64,000 nucleotides of DNA, taken from a virus. The DNA lies in the IMG/VR virus record IMGVR_UViG_3300013125_000002. One strand, 5' to 3'. The translations under genes were made by a program, and so were the position numbers. Shown here in pieces: positions 47,952 through 53,291 of this stretch. The notes under the pieces are model-generated. The model did no database searches. It was not told the origin of the DNA and saw only the letters and a program-made list of their open reading frames with translations. Each line of letters starts with the position of its first letter. The stretch's first letter is position 1.

Positions 47952-48023
47952 CGGGCACGAAGGGGATCGAACCCTCCTCGGCGGATCGACAGTCCGCTGG
48001 CCTCACCAGATGCCTACGTGCCC
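47952..48023 (-). tRNA. tRNA-Asp(GUC)
   Basis: GCGGA-CTGTCGA-TCCGC. Confidence 0.88.
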
Positions 48024-48088
48024 ATTCACCGGCTTGTTCTGGGCTTAATAAGATGATCCCGGCAAACCGGCCAATCCAAGATCATCAG

Positions 48089-48170
48089 CGGAAGCTAGAC
48101 GAATCGAACGCCCGGTCTTTCGGCCGCCCTCGGGTTCGAGCCGAGTTAGGGACCCTCCCTGGTAGCTTCC
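48089..48170 (-). tRNA. tRNA-Ser(CGA), probable 8/4 allo-tRNA
   Basis: GGAAGCTA/TAGCTTCC 8 bp, CTCGG-CTCGAAC-CCGAG, long V arm. Confidence 0.8.
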
Positions 48171-48177
48171 AGAGCGC

Positions 48178-48274
48178 CGCCGCTTCATCGTCAAGGTCCT
48201 TGTCCAAGTTGATCAGACTCTTCCTCAGACCTCTTGGCCTTCAAAGGGCCGCGTTGGTCACGAATGAAGCAGCG
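48178..48274 (-). ncRNA. Orphan structured RNA
   Basis: CGCTGCTTCAT/ATGAAGCGGCG closing stem with internal hairpins. Confidence 0.45.
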
Positions 48275-48276
48275 AG

Positions 48277-48347
48277 TGGACCCACTGGGATTTGAACCCA
48301 GAATACAGCCATGCCGAGGCTGCGTGATCCCATTTCACTATGAGCCC
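48277..48347 (-). tRNA. tRNA-Ala(GGC)
   Basis: CAGCC-TCGGCAT-GGCTG, G3:U70. Confidence 0.88.
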
Positions 48348-48420
48348 GAGATGCTCCCCGCTTAGACTCACCTGCGCTGCTTTTGCCCGCTTCGGTAAAT
48401 CTGCGCTAGAGCAATGAGAT

Positions 48421-48549
48421 GAGTGAGCAAGGGGGAGAGTTGGATGTTTTAGTGTCCTTCCATTAGACGACAGAACCCGTGGGTCCCGCTGGGACTCGAA
48501 CCCAGATCACTCGCTTAGCAGGCGATAACCCAACTCAATCGGCCCACTC
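48421..48549 (-). ncRNA. yrlA: YrlA-type Y RNA (permuted tRNA-like domain)
   Basis: GGGCCGAT..GGTTATC, then T arm, capped acceptor-like hairpin, D arm, then CTTGCTC. Confidence 0.85.
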
Positions 48550-48551
48550 GG

Positions 48552-48623
48552 TGGAGTCGGAGGGAGTCGAACCCTCACCTCAGCGTTGCGAACGCCGCGT
48601 GCTCCCGCTAGCACTACGACCCC
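48552..48623 (-). tRNA. tRNA-Ala(CGC)
   Basis: CGGCG-TTCGCAA-CGCTG, G3:U70. Confidence 0.9.
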
Positions 48624-48630
48624 AAAAGAT

Positions 48631-48770
48631 CGAAGCAGGCAAGGGGTTGACCTGAGCGTTGAGATTGGATTCGAACCAACGTCTCCGGGTTTATTGGACC
48701 CGGCGCTCTACCTCTAAGCTACTCCTGTAGGGTTTGGCACAGGATAACTCAGATCATTCGGCTTGCTTCG
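48631..48770 (-). ncRNA. Y RNA with an unpermuted tRNA-like domain
   Basis: AGCCGAATGATCTGAGTTATC..CTCAGGTCA..CTTGCC enclosing D, anticodon-like and T arms in native order. Confidence 0.75.
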
Positions 48771-48771
48771 G

Positions 48772-48844
48772 GGCGGGGGAGGGGAGTCGAACCCCCTAAT
48801 GCCAGGGCCACAACCTGGTGCTTAGCCGTTTAGCTTCCCTCGCC
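48772..48844 (-). tRNA. tRNA-His(GUG)
   Basis: CCAGG-TTGTGGC-CCTGG, G-1:C73. Confidence 0.88.
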
Positions 48845-48849
48845 ATGAG

Positions 48850-48920
48850 TCGCTGGAGACAGAGTCGAACTGTCGTTTACCGGTTATCGGCCGATCGTTC
48901 TTCCGTTGAACTACCCAGCG
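48850..48920 (-). tRNA. tRNA-Ile(GAU)
   Basis: ATCGG-CCGATAA-CCGGT. Confidence 0.85.
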
Positions 48921-48928
48921 ATCTTTAG

Positions 48929-48999
48929 CTCCGAGACCGGGATTCGAACCCAGAAGTCGTGGTTAACAGCCACGCATGATTCCATTTCATCATCTCGGA
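48929..48999 (-). tRNA. tRNA-Asn(GUU) copy 1
   Basis: CGTGG-CTGTTAA-CCACG, U1:A72. Confidence 0.88.
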
Positions 49000-49014
49000 A
49001 TGATCCTACACTAG

Positions 49015-49088
49015 CGAGTCGGACAGGATTTGAACCTGTGTCAGGTGGGTTAACGGCCCACTGCTCAACCAGACTGAGCTACCGACCC
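49015..49088 (-). tRNA. tRNA-Asn(GUU) copy 2
   Basis: GTGGG-CCGTTAA-CCCAC, G1:C72. Confidence 0.85.
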
Positions 49089-49090
49089 AT

Positions 49091-49191
49091 GCGATGGGCA
49101 AAGAATGATGCTGGTGCCTCCATAGGCGATGCCCCATAGATTGGGGCATTCTGGAATCGAACCGGATAATCCAACACCAACGGCTCATCGT
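49091..49191 (-). ncRNA. yrlA: Compact YrlA-type Y RNA
   Basis: GAGCCGTT..GGATTATC, T arm, ATGCCCCA/TGGGGCAT hairpin, D-like arm, TTTGCCC. Confidence 0.75.
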
Positions 49192-49193
49192 AG

Positions 49194-49267
49194 TCGGGGA
49201 GACAGGATTTGAACCTGCGGCATCTAGCTCCCAAAGCTAGCGTTCTACCAGGCTGAACTACTCCCCG
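49194..49267 (-). tRNA. tRNA-Pro(UGG)
   Basis: CTAGC-TTTGGGA-GCTAG. Confidence 0.92.
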
Positions 49268-49270
49268 ATT

Positions 49271-49413
49271 TGCCCAAGTGAGCTTTACGTCGTGCATCTA
49301 CTCTAATCAGTGGATCTCAAGATGCAGCATGGGGTGATGTCTGGAGCTAGCACGACTTGCCGCCAGATCATGAGTCCCACCTAAGTCCTGAGTCACTGGA
49401 TCGGCCTTGGGCA
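49271..49413 (-). ncRNA. Orphan structured RNA (~143 nt)
   Basis: TGCCCAAG/CTTGGGCA closing stem, internal helices GACTCA, TCTGG/CCAGA, TGCATCT/AGATGCA. Confidence 0.5.
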
Positions 49414-49450
49414 TCCGATCTCGACTCCGTGGTTGCGGAGTCTTCACTGA

Positions 49451-49506
49451 GCATCAACAGCCGGCCTTACCCTACCCTACCGGAGGTGTACCGGATCAGT
49501 TGATGC
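49451..49506 (-). ncRNA. Orphan small structured element
   Basis: GCATCAAC/GTTGATGC stem enclosing a CCGG hairpin and GGTAGGGTAGGGTAAGG. Confidence 0.35.
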
Positions 49507-49508
49507 AG

Positions 49509-49582
49509 ATCCCCCAGTTGGATTCGAACCAACGACCTTCGGGTTCAAAGCCCGACGCTACCGCCAGCTGAGCTATGGGGGA
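49509..49582 (-). tRNA. tRNA-Gln(UUG)
   Basis: TCGGG-CTTTGAA-CCCGA. Confidence 0.88.
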
Positions 49583-49587
49583 AGAAG

Positions 49588-49660
49588 TGGAGCGAAGTGG
49601 AGTCGAACCACTGTATCGGCATTTTCAGTGCCGCGCCTTGTCCGCATCGGCCATCGCTCC
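49588..49660 (-). tRNA. tRNA-Phe(GAA)
   Basis: CGGCA-CTGAAAA-TGCCG. Confidence 0.88.
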
Positions 49661-49665
49661 ATGTG

Positions 49666-49736
49666 TGGACCCGGAGTGAATCGAACACTCACCCACCGGT
49701 TATGAGCCAGCTGCTCGACCTTCGAGCTACGGGTCC
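49666..49736 (-). tRNA. tRNA(CAU), probably Ile2 (lysidine)
   Basis: CTGG-CTCATAA-CCGG, GGACCCG acceptor. Confidence 0.75.
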
Positions 49737-49751
49737 ATCGACCATGATCAA

Positions 49752-49771
49752 CTATTCAGTTGTCAAGATCA
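49752..49771 (-). promoter_or_regulatory. rrn-type boxA-like antitermination element
   Basis: TGATCTTGACAACTGAATAG resembles boxA-containing rRNA leader/spacer sequences. Confidence 0.5.
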
Positions 49772-49834
49772 GCGAAGCACTGAGAAACGGTCTCAGCTCC
49801 CATCAGCAGGCAGCCTACTGATGCTTCCTTCTAG

Positions 49835-49906
49835 TTCCGGGACAAGGGTTCGAACCTTGATTGGCGGAGTCAGAGTCCGCTGTCCTGCCAATTGAACGAC
49901 CCCGGA
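49835..49906 (-). tRNA. tRNA-Gln(CUG)
   Basis: GCGGA-CTCTGAC-TCCGC. Confidence 0.92.
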
Positions 49907-50065
49907 TCAATGAATCAAATACCTCCAACCTCGACGTTGACTTTTACTCCAACGTCTCTTCCACCACCAGCGTTTTCTTGGTCCCCTTCCATGCACCTGA
50001 CCACAGTTGGAACAGCCACCTCTGAGAATGAACCGCATCCAACTTCGGTCAGGATCAGCCATCAG

Positions 50066-50138
50066 TGGGCTCGGACGGATTCGAACCGTCACCTCATCGG
50101 GTAAGAGCCGAGAATGCAGCCGTAACACCTCGAGCCCA
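50066..50138 (-). tRNA. tRNA-Lys(CUU)
   Basis: TCGG-CTCTTAC-CCGA. Confidence 0.85.
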
Positions 50139-50173
50139 GTACTTCCACGCCTGGATCAGTTCCTCAAGCATCG

Positions 50174-50249
50174 TGGTGCCTCCGGCAGGACTCGAACCTG
50201 CGTCTCGATGGGTAAAAGCCATGTGCGCTGGCCGCTGCGCCACGGAGGC
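50174..50249 (-). tRNA. tRNA-Lys(UUU)
   Basis: ATGG-CTTTTAC-CCAT, CCA encoded. Confidence 0.85.
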
Positions 50250-50302
50250 AATAGCTCTCGAACCAACCGGTGCATTTGAGCTTGTGCATGATCTTGCCTC
50301 CG

Positions 50303-50374
50303 TGGGTGGTCTAGGAGTCGAACCTAGATTTGCGGGGTTACGGCCCGGTGCTCTACCAGTTGAACTAACCACCC
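50303..50374 (-). tRNA. tRNA-Tyr(GUA), short variable loop; first tRNA of the operon
   Basis: GGG-CCGTAAC-CCC anticodon arm. Confidence 0.8.
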
Positions 50375-50375
50375 C

Positions 50376-50412
50376 AAATGCGAAAAGGCCGCCAGGTTTC
50401 CCAGGCGGCCTC
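50376..50412 (-). terminator. Intrinsic terminator (attenuator) immediately before the tRNA array
   Basis: AGGCCGCCTGG-GAAA-CCTGGCGGCCT-TTTCGCATTT. Confidence 0.85.
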
Positions 50413-50438
50413 TCGAGTTCTACTCTGCTTCCTCTCGA

Positions 50439-50591
50439 TTAGCCGCCTGGCGCTCCATGCTCGAGAGGATTCGGGTACTGCTTGGTACCCAGATCCACCG
50501 AGCTGACGGGGCGCGCACTAAACGCACACGTCCCGCGCCAGCTCTGAATGGCTGCCCTGGACAATGTGCGTTTGGCGGCTTCGCGTCTCAT
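50439..50591 (-). CDS. 50-aa attenuator leader peptide containing all 20 amino acids (not in ORF track)
   Basis: MRREAAKRTLSRAAIQSWRGTCAFSARPVSSVDLGTKQYPNPLEHGAPGG*; last codons CCAGGCGGC complement the terminator 5' arm. Confidence 0.75.
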   Translation of the reverse strand: MRREAAKRTLSRAAIQSWRGTCAFSARPVSSVDLGTKQYPNPLEHGAPGG

Positions 50592-50595
50592 GATT

Positions 50596-50629
50596 CTTCA
50601 CTTGTGAACCATGTGGTCGCGTTTGTCAA
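50596..50629 (-). promoter_or_regulatory. Probable promoter of the leader/tRNA operon
   Basis: TTGACA at 50624-50629; -10 region weak and overlapped by TTCAC-AA-GTGAA palindrome. Confidence 0.5.
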
Positions 50630-50945
50630 TCCCCTTTTTTGAACTTTCCGTTTGACTTGATCTTCGTAGTCGGGAGCGTCTGGTACAGCCCCAGCCGTAG
50701 GTAGCTCCAGCCCCGGCTATCACACACCCGACGAACACTGGAATGGCCCGCGGTCGCGAACCCTGCACACGGACGGGCTCGAACGACGTGAGCGAGAACG
50801 TGTATGCCGGGTGGCGTAGCGCCTCGCGCTTGGTTGCAAACCGTGCGGCGTCGGCAACGTTCTGGGTACAGCGCGGCCCGATACCCGTCCACTCTCTGAA
50901 GTAGCCGCTCCGCGGACATTTGAGAACCCAGTTCCGCTTGGTCAT
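50598..50945 (-). CDS. Hypothetical protein
   Basis: 115 aa, abuts upstream gene. Confidence 0.45.
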   Translation of the reverse strand: MTKRNWVLKCPRSGYFREWTGIGPRCTQNVADAARFATKREALRHPAYTFSLTSFEPVRVQGSRPRAIPVFVGCVIAGAGATYGWGCTRRSRLRRSSQTESSKKGIDKRDHMVHK

Positions 50946-50946
50946 C

Positions 50947-51345
50947 TTACGCCTCCCTTTCCAGATCAGTCGGCTCTACACGCTGAGGCAGGACCGGCGA
51001 GATGAACAGACCCAGCGCGTTGCGTCGGCCATGCTCGGTCTCGTTGGCCTTGCTACGCTTCTGGATCTGGAAGTCCACCGGCAGACCTGAATGCTGCGAG
51101 AGGTAGAGTGAGATCGACGAGCACATGACCGACCACAGGGCGTTGTGCTGCTGGTGGCAGTCGGGGAAGAGCCGGTCGTACTCCTCGTCATCAAGGATCG
51201 CACGCACGTCCACATCACGGTAGTCGCGGCGCTCGAGGCAGGACCCCACGAGGAACACGCCGCCATTGAACGCCTGCGCGATCACACAGCACGCCTGATT
51301 CAGATTGAAGAAGTGTGGGGCTGGCAGCCAGTTTGCGCGTTCCAT
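50947..51345 (-). CDS. Minimal nucleotidyltransferase (Pol-beta superfamily)
   Basis: FLVGS..RDYRDVDVR..PVDFQ (hG[GS]..DxD..D). Confidence 0.7.
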   Translation of the reverse strand: MERANWLPAPHFFNLNQACCVIAQAFNGGVFLVGSCLERRDYRDVDVRAILDDEEYDRLFPDCHQQHNALWSVMCSSISLYLSQHSGLPVDFQIQKRSKANETEHGRRNALGLFISPVLPQRVEPTDLEREA

Positions 51346-51347
51346 GC

Positions 51348-51956
51348 TTACCTCTTTTTGGATATGCGACTGCCTAGCGCAGGCAAAAGCCGCAGGTTAC
51401 CGGTGACGAGTCGCCGCTCCAAATCCTTGGCTTCGACGAGCTCGTCAAGACGTTTCTTGACCGCCTCAATCGCTTTGCGGATCTCAAGCACCGTGCGCCA
51501 GGCCGCGTGAGAGTAGGGAATCACCGTCCCGCTCTCCCCCCAGAACTTTTTCGTGGTGTGGACTGGAGTACCGTCGTGCATGGTTGGCGGTTCTTCTGGT
51601 TCTGGGTCGCCGGCCGTGGTCCGAAAGAAGTCACGCTCGATCTGCCCGCCCTTGGTGTCTGCTATCTCGTGGCGAGACGCCGTAAACTCGAGCTGACTGG
51701 TATCGTCCTGGCCGTGGTAAGTGGGCGATCCGGAGATCATGATGATCTGGCGCCAGACGATTTCGCGGAGCGTCTCGGCCAGAGTGCGAGTTTCTCGCTT
51801 GCACTGATCTAGCGTGTCCGCCTCGGCACGCTGACCCTTCACCTCGCCGAAGAACAGCTTCTTGTCGCGATCGAAGAAAATCCGGATGCGACCGTTAACG
51901 GAATCGTAGATCGAGTCCACTTCATACGGCTTGAGCTTACGTGGCATGGTCGTCAT
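51348..51956 (-). CDS. Hypothetical protein
   Basis: ~200 aa, GAGG RBS before MTTMP. Confidence 0.55.
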   Translation of the reverse strand: MTTMPRKLKPYEVDSIYDSVNGRIRIFFDRDKKLFFGEVKGQRAEADTLDQCKRETRTLAETLREIVWRQIIMISGSPTYHGQDDTSQLEFTASRHEIADTKGGQIERDFFRTTAGDPEPEEPPTMHDGTPVHTTKKFWGESGTVIPYSHAAWRTVLEIRKAIEAVKKRLDELVEAKDLERRLVTGNLRLLPALGSRISKKR

Positions 51957-52475
51957 CCTCGGGCGCGAGGCCCAACTCACGCAGCTGCTCCTGCCAATTC
52001 AGGAGCATCTCCATTCGCGAGCAGTCGTTGTTTTGCCCGTAGCTGTACCACCGTCCAGGCGCATCGGCTGGTACGCGTAGAGCAGAGCCAGCCGGCTGTG
52101 CCGAGCGGCAAGCTCCGGTTGGCGACGTGAGTGTCCTTCGCCGTGAAGGGCTTGCCGTCGGCTCGGGTAGGCCCGCAGGCCAGGCGCATGTGTAGAGATA
52201 GGCAACCTGCTGAGCCCCACGCAATGCTGGACGTGCTTCAATTGCTCCAAGAGTAGGGACGTACATCCGCTGGCCAATGAATCTCAGACACTCAACCAAC
52301 TTCTCACTGTCGACGTAGTTGGGGGGCACCTTCCTCACTTCTGTCTTGCCTCTATGATCTTTGCCCTCACCTTTGTTCAGAATCCAGTACTCATAGCTTT
52401 CCCAGATCGCTTCTGGCGAACAGGGAAGAGGAAAACATCGACAACAAAGGCTGGTTGATGCTGGCACCCGAGCAC

Positions 52476-53291
52476 CTATCGCTTTCTGTCTTGAAGTGGC
52501 TGACCAGAAGCGATGAAGGCCTCCAGCTCTTCCTGGGTCATCCAGCCATCGATCTGAGTAGTCCGACCAGTGTTCACCCAGAAGTGAAGTGAACCATCCT
52601 TCCGACGGTTGGGAGAGCAACAGAGTGCTGTTGGGTAGTACCTACCGTTGGAGGTCTTTTTGATCGCCTCGTTGATCCGTTTGAGGAGGTCTTTGCCAAG
52701 ATCCTCATCAGCAAACTGCTGATCAACTTCTGCTTCGGTTTCCTTGGCGATCTTCTGTACCGCCAAGAACTTCCGGTAGGCTCGGTTATCGGGTGGTTCG
52801 GAAAAGGGGTTCCAATTGAAGAAAGTCGAAAGAGCATTGCCCCCAAAAACACCACCACAGTGGGCTGCCCCCAACACCTCAAGAAGCTTCTCCTCAGGGG
52901 CACCCACAGCACTGCTAGCCGCCTTCGTCATCGAGGCAACAGGATCGTTTGGGTCCCATTCCAGGACGACATGGGTGATGAGTTTAGCAAGCTTCGCACA
53001 TTCCTTCTTCTGATCTTGCCCTGGGTGGTAATACCCATCAAAGTAGCAAGAACCCGTTCCAAGAACGAGATCACCAACACCAGGGAGGTTGCACCCACCC
53101 TCGCTCTTGTAGATGCTGCACTCATGCGTGTGGAACGCACCAGTGAGATGGTAGGTCCCAACTTGTGAGATCACAGTTTGGAACAATCTCGAGACATGAA
53201 AAAGAAGCTTTGGGACTGGTTCGAATCCATAAGCCCCAGGACGACCATCCTCGTCTAGCTTCTTGGGCTTGGCTTCGTTGGTGAACGTCAT
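52476..53291 (-). CDS. Hypothetical protein
   Basis: 271 aa, start abuts upstream stop. Confidence 0.6.
   Translation of the reverse strand: MTFTNEAKPKKLDEDGRPGAYGFEPVPKLLFHVSRLFQTVISQVGTYHLTGAFHTHECSIYKSEGGCNLPGVGDLVLGTGSCYFDGYYHPGQDQKKECAKLAKLITHVVLEWDPNDPVASMTKAASSAVGAPEEKLLEVLGAAHCGGVFGGNALSTFFNWNPFSEPPDNRAYRKFLAVQKIAKETEAEVDQQFADEDLGKDLLKRINEAIKKTSNGRYYPTALCCSPNRRKDGSLHFWVNTGRTTQIDGWMTQEELEAFIASGQPLQDRKR

Noticed and set aside
47070-48088. Hammerhead ribozymes at the CTGATGA motifs
   Set aside because: No correctly placed GAAA after stem II and no stem III or cleavage triplet.
44577-50450. ORF-track calls across the tRNA array
   Set aside because: They overlap tRNA or ncRNA genes and lack RBS or protein motifs, except the HNH and the zinc-ribbon ORF. 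The short basic ORF near 49907-50040 is unresolved.
51937-52620. 227-aa ORF as called
   Set aside because: The N-terminus overlaps the upstream gene and the middle looks like a recombination or frameshift junction; the true gene structure is unresolved.
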